Below are positions 14,402-25,499 of a stretch of 64,000 nucleotides of DNA, one piece after another; within the stretch, counting starts at the first letter, position 1; every line of letters starts with the position of its first letter. The notes below the pieces were generated by a model, which was not told the origin of the DNA, ran no database searches, and worked only from the letters and a program-made list of their open reading frames with translations. A program made the position numbers and the translations under genes. The DNA lies in assembly GCF_000143415.4 (NCBI RefSeq), contig NW_003314338.1, positions 186,001-250,000 of the forward strand, in the 5' to 3' direction. The DNA is from Selaginella moellendorffii. Taxonomy: Eukaryota > Plantae > Lycopodiophyta.

Positions 14402-16122
14402 TTACATGCGCGTGTCTGCTCGGAAGTTGAACCATCTCTTCTTGCTCGACTTGTCGTGCCCATCCTCCGCCGCCGCTGCTGCCGCTGCTTGCTCCTCGTC
14501 CTCTGCCTTCTTGGCTGTGCCAAAAGAATCTTGGATCGACTCCCTCAGCTTCAATAGCTCGTCAACCTTGATCAATCAGCCGCGTCAGTCAAGCCCACAC
14601 AGCCCAGTAAAAATATGCCAACTTACAGCCACTTTCTCCTCGGAATACTTCTTCGTCACTGCAGCAAAACGGGCAAGCACCTGGGGAGAGAGTGAGAGAG
14701 CGAGAGGAGAAACCGGATTAATTACCTCGCGGTACTCGGTTTCAAACTGCTTCAGTTCCGCACGCTTGGCTAGTATTTGTCCCTCGACGTCTCTCAGCCT
14801 CTCGGCACTCTTTTGGCAGGCGTCCACGCAGCACGCCTCAATGGTATATGACGCGGCCTTGAAAAAATTGTCACCTAGATCGAGAGAGCATTGCCGTCAC
14901 CCACAAGAGCAAAGCTAAAGGCATACCATAGACGGCAAAAATGTGTGTTCCAGGTTTCAGCTCCGACATCTCACAAGGCTGGAGTCCCTCGAGCTTTTTA
15001 AAGAACGCAGCATCCGGATCTTTTGCCATAGCTAGCTGCGAGGAGGAAGAGGGACGAGTTTAGTGCAATGCCAAAACCGTGCCTGCTTAACACACCGCGT
15101 TGACTGCCGGATCAAGGCGATACACTTGGAAGTGGAGGAAGTAAAGCCCTGCGGATGTCACCTTTCCAGTTTTGATGCTGTCCTCCTACAACCGAACAGG
15201 CACGCAACTGCAGTCAATGCTTATGCTGGAGGGCCACGCCGTCAGGCTCACCTGGATTGCCAGACCCAAGCCTCCATTCTCCTCCTGCTCAAAGTAGAGT
15301 AGCTGGCCAGAACAAGAACGAGAGCCGGGTGGTGGAGACTAGAGATGGAATTAAGCTTGCCTTGAATTTGCTCTGGGCAACAGACGTAGCCCGCACCACG
15401 ACCCCAGCGGCTGCTTGGTCCGGCGAGATTGTTACGCCGTAGAAATGCGCCCCTTGCTTCTCCACCTGCTTTCACGGTACAAGCCCGGGATGAGGCACAG
15501 GCGGTCGAACAGCGAGACAAACCTTGTCGTTGAAAGGCCGGCCGAGAGGCAAAGGCCTGATCGTCACGGTCCCATTCAACGCGTCCTCTAAAACTTGAGC
15601 GGAGATGGTAGTCTTGATCGGCACGCCCAGCTTGCTGAAGAAACCAGATGCATAAAAGAGGGAACGGGTGTCTTGCTTGCTATCCTCACCTGAACAATGC
15701 AACGAACATGGTGTTGACTGTCCCCAGGTTGGAGAGGTCCAGCTCCATATCCAGGCCATCGAGATCAACTGCCTACGAGGGAGACGAGATCAAAACGGCA
15801 GACGAGCGTAGCGCGTTACGGACCTGGAACCCTCCGATGTCGTAGCTCCTCCGCTTCTCGGGATCGCCCAGAATTCCATACGCATACGCAACCTCCTTGA
15901 ACAAATCGGGTGCCTGGGGATTGTTGGCATTCTTGTCGGGATGGTATCTGCGTTGGGGGGGATCTCGCTCGATCTCGAAGAAGTAGACCAGAAAGGAGAG
16001 TACCTGAGGGCCAGCTTCCGGTACGCACTCTTGATCTGCTGCGCCGTTGCATCGCGGGGGACGCCCAGCACCTCGTACGGGTCCCTGTGCACCGGGGAAG
16101 CCACCGGCCTGACGTCGCCCAT
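14402..16122 (-). CDS. DnaJ protein, ARG1/ARL (chaperone dnaJ 15/16-type), multi-exon
   Basis: J-domain RDPYEVLGV..IKSAYRKLAL|YHPDKN; MFVALFSKLGVPIKTTISAQVLEDALNG; AKDPDAAFFKKLEGLQPCEM; ILAKRAELKQFETEYRE; C-terminus KKRWFNFRADTRM*. Confidence 0.9.
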
Positions 16123-16210
16123 GGCTTTCTACGAGGAGGCGGAGGAGGTCATCCTGTTACCTAAGAAAGGGGGGAGGGGGGCATATGCCAAATAAAATCG
16201 GGGCGTGGTG

Positions 16211-16219
16211 TTAGGGTTT
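16211..16219 (-). promoter_or_regulatory. telo-box (AAACCCTAA) in the 108-bp divergent DnaJ/DTC spacer
   Basis: ttagggttt on + equals AAACCCTAA on -, 11 bp before the DTC ATG; a known plant promoter/5'UTR element. Confidence 0.55.
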
Positions 16220-16230
16220 AGGGGCGAACA

Positions 16231-17444
16231 ATGGCAGCGGCGGTGGACATGGCGGTGCAGAAGAAGCCCCAGTCGGCGGTGTGGACGACCGTGAAGCCGT
16301 TTGTGAATGGGGGCCTGGCCGGCATGGGTGCCACTTGCGTTATCCAGCCCATTGACATGATCAAGGTAGCCCGGATCTGGATGGATCCATGGATCAACCC
16401 GCGTCTTTGTCCTTGTCGCAGGTCAGAATTCAGCTGGGCGACGGCAGTGCGATGCAGGTTGCCAAGAGCTTGTATGCCCGGGAGGGGCTGGGTGCGTTTT
16501 ACAAGGTATGGAGTCTTGGCCATGCAGCAAACAATGCAAACGATGGTCTTTTCCTTTTTGCCTTTTATCTTGCAGGGCCTGTCGGCGGGCTTGCTGCGGC
16601 AGGCGACATACACGACGGCGCGGCTGGGATCCTTCAGGTGAGGCTCAGTTCGTTGCTGCACTTGGTGTCTCATGCGTGATCGATCCCGCAGAGTGCTGAC
16701 GAACAAGGCCACCGCCGCCAACGACGGCAAGCCCCTGCCGCTCTACCAAAAGGCCTTTTGCGGGTTGACGGCGGGCGCCATTGGTGCGTGCGTCGGGAGC
16801 CCCGCAGACTTGGCCCTCATACGGATGCAGGCGGACTCCACCCTGCCGGAAGCGCAGCGGCGCCACTACAAGAACGCGTTCCACGCGCTGACGCGGATTG
16901 GCAAAGACGAGGGCGTGCTGGCGCTGTGGAAGGGAGCCGGACCCACGGTTGTGAGGGCCATGGCGCTCAACATGGGAATGCTGGCATCTTACGACCAGAG
17001 CGTCGAAGTGTTCAAGGCGTTCCACTTCTCCGAGATTCCCACAGTGATAGGTTGGTGCTCCAGCCAGCCACCACCACCACCACCACCTTTTTTCTAACAC
17101 CTGCTTTTGCTTCCGCAGGCGCGAGTGCAGTGTCGGGTTTCTTTGCTTCTGCATGCAGCCTACCCTTCGACTACGTTAAGACGCAAATACAAAAGATGCA
17201 GCCGGGGCCTGATGGCAAGTACCCCTTCTCGGGCTCTTTGGATTGCGCCGTCCAGACGTTCAAAAAGCACGGGCCTCTCAAGTTTTACACGGGCTTTGGA
17301 ACGTATTGCGTGAGGATCGCGCCCCATGTCATGGTAGGCATATGCTATTTATTCTCCCTCTCACTCATTCACTGGCGACCATTGCAGATGACATGGATAT
17401 TCCTCAACCAGATACAAAAGTTAGAGACTCGCGTGGGCCTGTGA
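16231..17444 (+). CDS. DTC: mitochondrial dicarboxylate/tricarboxylate carrier (SLC25 family)
   Basis: VWTTVKPFVNGGLAGMGATCVIQPIDMIKV; GLLRQATYTTARLGSF; PADLALIRMQAD; PFDYVKTQIQKM; RIAPHVMMTWIFLNQIQK. Confidence 0.95.
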
Positions 17445-17684
17445 TTCTTTTCTTTCGTTTTTTGGTACAAGTTCGCAATTCCTGACAACGAATGCAAGGC
17501 AACACCGCGGGTGCAGAGGGGATTTACCATAAGTCTGTAGTTGTTCCCAGGACGAATTTTATCTTGATTTTAGAAGGAATAAGACTTCGATTAATATGAC
17601 ATGACATGGCAGCTTGCTTGTCCACGCGCCAAGCTGGCGATGTGGGGAAACGCGCTATGCGTCGATTGACTCCGGGCGGGAGGA

Positions 17685-19936
17685 ATGGTGCTTGTAGCGG
17701 TGGAGGAGATGGGCGACGACTGCAACACGCTCGTATCAAGCCCAAGCCCGAGTCGAGACGTGGCACCCGCGCTCGAGCTTAACTTCCCTTCCTGCCACCC
17801 GCTCGTGGCGGCACACTACCACCTGCACATACCTGCAGTGCCACTGTTTGAGCACGGTAATCTTGTCCACGGCATGATTGCAATTTGCAATACCTGTGCA
17901 TGCAGCCGAGCAAGTCATCGCCACACGATACCGGTTGGCGACGCAACAGCAGCACCGTAGCAGCATGGACGTGGGCACGCAGATTGCATCCTACGCGGAT
18001 CAAGTCAAGGAGATGAAAGGGAGGATCAACTGGCTGCAGGAAAGCTTGCGGCGGTCGTCGGGAGCGGCTGCCCAGGAGCACGCGGAAGACCTGGGTAAAT
18101 TCTTTGCCGTCCAGTCCGTCAAGGTTGAAGAGCTAGGCCAGCAGATAGATGTCTTTTCTGAGGAGTTGCGGCAGTGGGAGGAGGCCGAAAATCCCACCGA
18201 TGACAATCGCTTGTCCTCGTTGGCTCGCACAGTGATCCAGGAGGCTACCAGGGACAGGGCTGCCGGCCAAACGGTGAGGATCCAGCTGTCGGATCTAGTC
18301 CAGCAGCGGGAGCAGCGACGGGATCAGAGCCCGTGCCTGAGCATTAGCAGGAATGACTTGGAGATGAAGCGCAAGGCAATGGGGGCGAGGGTGGCCAGGG
18401 CTGCCAAGCACGAGGCCAAGCGCAGGAAGGTGCAAGAGGTGAAGCTCCCTTTCAAGGTTGGTATTCCCGCCGCCACGAGGCCTCAGGGTGGCCTTCGCAC
18501 GGGTCAGCTGAGGAAGAGCAACAAGAGCATCCTGAATGGCACGGCGGCTGGCGTGCAGGGCTGCATCAACAGCCTGCAAAGGGAGGTTCTGCGGCTCAAG
18601 GAAATTGTCGAGGACAGGGACCAGCAACTGTGTGCAGAGCAGCGCTGGAGATACGACTTGGAGAAGAGGCATGCTGTCGAGGTAAGGGCGTTTCTCATGG
18701 AAGCCGAGGATAGGACACGGCAGTTCAAGTTTGAACAGGCCCTTGCGGAGAACAAGATCTCCAACCTGTTAGCTAAGCTAGAGCGGCCAAGGGTGGTGGA
18801 GGTGGAACATGCACAAGAGCAGCACAAAGCCGCTCTTGATGCTGATAACAACATTGAGGTTGTGGTGGAACAGCCCGATGATGCCAAGGGCGTTGACGAT
18901 CCTGATGCAGTGGTGGAGGCTGTCCAAGAGGATGACGAGGTCCCCGTTGCTAGTACGCAAGACCAGACGGATACGGATAATGTCAACCGCCAGGTCCCGG
19001 TAAATAGCGGGCCTGTCGCGTGTAGCAGCCGATTCTACGGAAGGGAGATCGCCATCAACGGCACCCAGCTCAGGCAAGCACTCAAGCTCAAGAGCATTGC
19101 CGAGGCCAAGGCTGAGAACCTCAAGAGGCAAGTTAATGCTCTCAAGAAGCTCGCCGGGGAGCTGCAACACGAACAGCAGCAGCACAGCCGACACAGGAGA
19201 GAGAGCGGGAGCAGCGACGTGGACAGATTGCAGGCCCAGCTGCTGCAGTTGAAGAAGCAGCTGGCTGACAAGACGAGGGAGCTCGAGGCTGAGCAAAGTA
19301 AGCGAAGCGATGAAGCTGGAGAGAGGGCGGCGGCAGTGGCGAGGCTGGAAATCGAGGTTGGTAGTTGCCTTCCCCCAATGTCACAATGCACTTACAAGTG
19401 TACGTTGTAGGTTGTGTTGCACAAGAACCTGGCCATGGAGAGAGCTTCCGAGTTGAAGGCTGAAAAAAAGCAGCGGTGCAAAGTTGAGAGCCAGTTAAAG
19501 GATATCCGGTGTCAAATGGAAGATCACGCTAAACAGGATCATCGCCGGCAGCAGAGCTACGATGCCATCTCGCACAAGCAAAACCGACGGCTTCAGCTCA
19601 GCCTCAAGAAGTCAAGGCACAAGTATGAGCAGCTGCATGACTTCTGGAGAAAGGAGCAAGGGTGTAGGCTGTCGTCGGACAGTCAGTGCCACAGGCTCCA
19701 CGTCTTGTGCTCCACTACGGCCGAGAGGCTGGAAGAGCTAAAAGATTTATTGGCGGAGCTCGAGGCTCAACAGCGTCCGAGAGAACAAGCCAAGTGGCAC
19801 GCATGTAGTCACCACGACATGCCCGACTTACGTTTCAGCCGACTGGACGGCCCAGGCACCATGGGAGAGGATTCCAAGCTTGAGACGTCAGAGAAGCTGC
19901 TCTTTTTGCTGGACAAGCTTGCAAAAGGACTGGATG

Positions 19937-19971
<35 letters not shown>

Positions 19972-21192
19972 GGCGGCGGCGAGAGCGCTGGCGAGCGCGA
20001 AGCGTTGGTGTCTGGAATGAGGAAGAAAGTGAGCGACTTGGCGAGGTTGCTGAGGGACGAATTGCAGGACAGGGATAGCGGTGACGAAGCGGAGCAGCGG
20101 GAGCAGCAGCAAGGCCCGACGGCGGAGCAGCAGGTGGCGCAGCTGGGGCGGGTGTGTGAGTTGCAGGGCAAGAAGTTGCGAGCGGCGGAGGGGAGGGTGG
20201 CGGTGCTCAAGAAGCACGTGTCACGGCTCAGGCGAGTGGCGGACGAGACTAGCAAAGAGCTGGAGCACGAGAGGTCGTGGAATCAGCCGCAGCAACAGAG
20301 CAGCAGGAACAACAGCAGCAGCAGCCTCGCCCGGATCAAGCTGCTAGAGATACAGCTGCTCGAGTACAAGCGGCAGGCAGAGGACAAGGCCAAGGATCTC
20401 AAGCACGAGCGCAGCCTGAGGTTCGACCTCGAGAGCCGCAGCGCCACCCACATCCAGCACCTCGTGCAACAACTCGACGAGCATGATGTCGAGCGCCAGG
20501 ACGTGTGCGTCCAGGTGCAAGAAGAAGATCCGGTTGAGGCCATGCACGTCTTTGTGCTGGAGCTGCTGGTCGGGGAGAAGTCCGAGGCTCTGGCGCACGA
20601 GAGGCGGGAGAGAGGCGAGGCCGAGGCCAGGAACAGGGAGCTGGCTACGCTGCTGAGCTACGCGCAGGTGGAGATTGCAAATGCCAACCAACGGGACGAT
20701 GAGCTGTGTCAGGTGTCGGCCTGCCAGGGGCACAAGGTGGTGGAGCTGACGGCGTTACTGGAGCGCTTTGCCAAGAGGCTGGACGAGTGTGAGGACGATA
20801 AGGGCGTGTCTTGTGTGCCGAGTGTGAGACAGAGCGACCCGGATGATGCCGGTATGTCAACGTCAACCTGGAATAGTGGTGCTAGTGATGAATGTGTCAA
20901 GTTGACGGCATCCATGTTGACACTGGAGGAGGCCAAGGGGGGGATGCTGGTAATGGAACAGGAGCAACACCCACATGCTGCAGCCACCAAGCTTAGGAGC
21001 TGTGAAGATTTCATTGCCAATCTTAAGAAACAGGTCAAAGACCTCGAGCTGTCGGAGGAGGTGCTGCGCTACCGTGACAAGGTTTGGCGGCGAGGCTTGC
21101 TGGCCTTCGATCAAGTCCTCTTGCTCTGTTTCGGCGCTCTGTTTGCATTCAACAGGATCACCATTTTGTTGAGAGACAAAGTTCCCACATAG
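17685..21192 (+). CDS. ~1,134-aa coiled-coil protein with C-terminal hydrophobic segment and -VPT end (candidate plant KASH protein); 3 exons
   Basis: Exons 17685-17856, 17906-19356 and 19411-21192 join in frame across 49- and 54-bp GT-AG introns; heptad-rich E/Q/K/L composition; ends ..VLLLCFGALFAFNRITILLRDKVPT*. Start could alternatively be the ATG at 17965. Confidence 0.8.
19942..19968 (+). repeat. (CAG)9 polyglutamine microsatellite in CDS
   Basis: cagcagcag.. encoding DDEQQQQQQQQQH. Confidence 0.95.
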
Positions 21193-21271
21193 AAAACAAA
21201 AGACATTGTTTCTTGCAAAGCCTTGTCGTTGACAAAAACTTAACTCATTCCAAAACTTGGCACACCTAGAG

Positions 21272-22270
21272 TCACAGCTCTCCACAATCGACAATGACGC
21301 ATGCCTTTTTGGGGCGGTCGTCGCGGTCCGTGGGCTGGGTTTCGATCATCTTGACCACGTCCATGCCTTCGAGAACATGACCAAAAACGACGTGCTTCTT
21401 GTCCAGCCAGTCCGTCTGCGCAGCTCGCTTTTCAGTCAAATACAGATGGAACAAGAGCACCAGATAGTCACCTTGACAGTGCAGAGGAAGAACTGGCTCC
21501 CGTTGGTATTGGGCCCGGCGTTAGCCATGCTCAGAACTCCTGGCCCAGTGTGTGTCACTGTAAGCAAAAGAGCAAGCGTGAGTCGAGAGGTACACAGCTT
21601 CAGTACTTACGCTTGAAATTCTCGTCTTCAAACTTCCCACCATAGATGCTCCGTCCACCAGTCCCCTGCAAACAAACAAGCTCTTGCCTTAACAACCAGC
21701 AACGTAGATCTCCTCCTTACATCACATCTATCGAAATCTCCGCCTTGGATCATAAAGTTCTTAATCACCCTGTGGAAAGCAGAGCCCTTGTAGCCATACC
21801 CCTTGTCACCTGAAACAAAGAGAGCGGTCAAGAACAGAAGAGAAGCCGCCTCGATCTCTTGTCACCTGCGCACAAGGCTCGGAAGTTCTCCACGGTCCTG
21901 GGGACGTCGTCCCCGTACAAACCAATCACGATGCGACCCACCGGCTCGTTGCCGATCTTCATGTCAAAGTAGCACTTCCTGGTGACTTTAGCTTGTAGCG
22001 TCGACGGCTCCACGCTCTGCCAAGACACAAATCGTTACACAAGCTCTCCATGGCCGGCATTCTAAGACTTACAACAGCGGCCTGGGTTGCAAAAGAGCGG
22101 CTCCGGCTCATCACGGCAGCTGGCGAGGGTGAAGCTCTCATCGCCTTGGGCAGCAGCTGGTGCGACGGCGACACAAAGGAGGAGGAGCGCAGCCATGCCA
22201 AGGTGGGCCGAGAGGCGGCCGCGGCCATACCGGGCATGGATGCACACAATTTGCCCCTCGCCGCCGCCAT
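21272..22270 (-). CDS. CYP20-2: plastid cyclophilin-type peptidyl-prolyl isomerase (CYP20-2-like)
   Basis: Ala/Ser/Arg-rich transit peptide; [34 protein letters not shown]; [15 protein letters not shown]; [15 protein letters not shown]; [29 protein letters not shown]. Confidence 0.88.
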
Positions 22271-22386
22271 GCTCGACTGTTTGGCCGCTTGATTGATAAA
22301 CCTAGGTAGGCACACAAAATATCTCAGGGTCCGCAAGTATTATTAATGCCCAAGATATTATTTTCACGGCGCCAACCCTTTGCGTT

Positions 22387-25300
22387 TTACACGACAAGCG
22401 CTCGTTCGCTACGCGGGTACAGCCCGATCTACACACACATTTACAGTAAGTCACACAGACAAGCCGGACGAAGAAACCTTGACCTGGCTCACAAGCATAT
22501 CAATCTGTTCTCTGTACATTTGCTTCACGTCCGCAAGATCCGCTCGAAGCTCCTCCACCTGCGACCACGGCATATTCAAGACAGCGAGGAGATCAAACCG
22601 GTGGACACCAACCTGCTCGTCCCTTTCCCCCATGAGCTCCAAGGCAGAAGCATGCCTCCGCCGTAACGCCTCCAACTCGGCACGCAGACCACGCAAAGTT
22701 GACGCTTCACTCCGTAGCTTCTCGCACTGTCAGAGCACAACGTTGACTGGGAAATGCCAAGACCGAGCTTGTGCCTACCTCACTCGTGCTTCTCACAAGC
22801 TCTTCGGCCAGCGCAGCTCGAGTTGATTCCAGCTCCGCCTGTAACATTAGATAGCAAACAGATTGATGCCTCGCTGCTTACCAGGCGAGTCGCGTACGAC
22901 GACAACTCCCCCTCCTTGTGCCGCATCACCGACTCAAACTGCTCCGCCGATACATTGCCTTTGCTCACAGGAGGTGGCGAAGGAGGCGGCGGCTCCACCA
23001 CCATGGCCTTGTAAGAGTCTAGCGACGCCTGCAAGAAGTGACCCTCCTCCATGCCATTGACGCTCGTCAAGCTAGGCAAGCGCCACTGTTGTGTACCTGA
23101 AGCTGCCGCCCGACTGTTTATCTTGTCGTCGGCAACCCGCTGCACCCGCTCCTCCGCCTCTCCGCGCATTTCTCGCTCTCTGCTGAGCTCCTGCACTCAC
23201 AGAGCGGATGTCAAAAGGACGAGATACGCCAACTACGTGCCTGCTCCAGTGCTAGCCTTCGGGACCTCTCCTGGCCAAGGACTTGTGCATACTTCTCCTT
23301 GACATCACTCAATTCCTCATGCAAAACTTTGGCTCGCCCTTCGTGTGATGCAGCCGACTCCAGTGCAGCTAACAACTCCTGCCGGGTCTCAGATGCTCTT
23401 GCCCGCTCCGCTTCAAGCGAGCGCGTCACTTGAGACAGCTCGGCCTTGACACACGACACCTGCGTTGCCTCAAGGTACTTGAGTTGCCGCAACTACACCA
23501 AAGGAGATTAACACTACCTGAGCTTCCATGACCGCCAGCCGTGACAGCGTCTGTGACAAGCGCTCGTTTGTAGCTCTCTCCCGTTCCGTTGCAGCTGCTG
23601 CCTTTGCGTCAGCCTCCTGCATGTATTGTGAGTGAACAACTTCATCATCAGGCACACACACACGCGCCACACCTGCAAGCGAGAGTTGAGAGCTCGTTCT
23701 GCACCACTCCAAGCTTCCGCCCTCATAGCCGATGACTCCTGTTGAGCAGAGAGCAGGCAGTTTGAGAACATGGACAGCGGCTATATATATGGAGAGAGAC
23801 GGCTCACTCACCTGCATTGCCTCTATTTGACGGAGCAAAGGCCTCGTGGACTCGGGAACCCGGGCAACAAGATCATCATACCGCGTTTCTGCATCCTGTA
23901 CATACACCCCTGACGCACGTATGCAAGTGCTCCCTCGCCAAAGCTTTCAGACAAACCTGGCAGCGCCTCTCGAGGCTTTCAATGTCTTTCCTCAGCACAT
24001 CCTCCCGGTACGCTGCCTATACAATGAGCCAGCTATAAGTTGTAACGTAGATGGAGCACATCATGTCCCGGAGCCTCACCACTTGTTCTGCTCGACTTAG
24101 GCCCTGACGGAGCTCCTCGAGCGATTGCACAAGAGCGCTCTCCCTCTGAGCAGCCTGATGCAGCCGCTGGTCCAGGTCCGCTTTTGCCTGGCTGCTCGCA
24201 CGAGATTCCGCGCGTGCCTCACTTTCCCTTGCTTCGTTCACCATCTTGGTATAGAATTCCCTCTGGGCTGCGAGATCCGCATGCCCCTTGTCAAGCGTCT
24301 CCTGCAGGGCTTTCTCCGTGGCGGCTTTATCTTTCCTCATGCTCTCTACTTTGGCTTCTTCAACCTGTCCAGTAGCAGGGTGAGAAACGAAAAGAGAGAA
24401 CAACAGGCGTACCTGTAGCTTGGAATGGAGCCGCTGCTTCTCTTCTTCCAGCTCCCGAACCTGTAAAGCCCGCCATCACCATCTCAAACGTTTAACACAC
24501 CAGCACACTCTGATGTTTCACCTGGGACCGTAACTTCCGGATTGCAGCCTCCTGAGAAGCTTGCTTCTTTGAGAGCTCTTCACCTGACAAACAGCAGCGG
24601 GTGTTAGGAGAGGAGAGGGGGGGCACTGGTTACCTTCGGCCATGACCTGTTTAATGATATCGTCCTTCTCCTTGAGCAGGGCCGTGGAGTCGGACTTTCG
24701 ATTCACTTCTCTACGCAGCATGTCACGTTCCTTGGTCAGGGCGTACACCTGCTCGCGCATTGCCAAATGAGTGAAGAGAGCGTCTAAATCTAAACGAGAG
24801 AGAGAGAGAGAGAGGGTGTGCTGACTTTGCGCTCGGCAGCGCCTAGCTCCTGCTTGAGCGCCTCCAGTTCCACTTGGCTGCTTCGTTTCTGTGACAAAGG
24901 AGCGGCGTGAGTGCAAGGACGAAGCAGTGAGATACTCTCACCTTGCTGGCCTCCTCCAGGGAGCGCCTGAGCTGCTCCTTCTCCTCAATGAGCCGTGAGA
25001 TCTGGTGGGCCTCGTCGAGCACCTACACACAGCCGAGTATAACTGGTGCACCACACACACCGAGTCCGCATACCTCCTCCTCATGAGTTAACTGGGCCTC
25101 ACTGCTGGGTTGCTTGTCGTCCTCCTCCACCGCCGCCGTCGCCGCCACCGCCGCCGCTGCATCCTGCGTCTGGACGATCTCACTCTCACCTGGGTCCAGC
25201 GCGTCATTGGTCCGTGGCGATCTGGGCAGCTCCGGATCTGGGGCTGGAGCAGGCAGCGTCACCTCCTCTGCTTTGTTGCTGCCAGCGCTACCTTCCAATC

Positions 25301-25397
25301 CCAGTGCCGAGTCGAAATTCCTTTCGATGGTCTTGACGCCCTCGCTGATTTTGGTGACTGCCCCAGCAATGTCGCTGCTCAGGTTCCACCACGCCAT
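22387..25397 (-). CDS. GC5: golgin candidate 5 / TMF1 (TATA modulatory factor) homologue, multi-exon
   Basis: DIAGAVTKISEGVKTIERNFDSALG; LKEKDDIIKQVMAEG; VPESTRPLLRQIEAMQ; TMF C-terminus ALELMGERDEQVEELRADLADVKQMYREQIDMLVSQ. Stop at 22451 (unspliced) or 22387 (after one more intron). Confidence 0.92.
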
Positions 25398-25499
25398 GCC
25401 CTAAAACGTTTGAGCGCGGCATTTTATCTGGTTGCAGATCACTGCGGCTGATCGAGCCCTAACATATTTGGGCAAGAAGACGCCACAGCAAGAAGCCCA

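Noticed and set aside
13868-14918. 229-aa and 170-aa plus-strand ORFs
   Set aside because: Antisense shadows of GC-rich GAS8 and DnaJ exons
17878-21192. Two separate genes (510 and 592 aa)
   Set aside because: They are joined in frame by a 54-bp GT-AG intron that contains the stop
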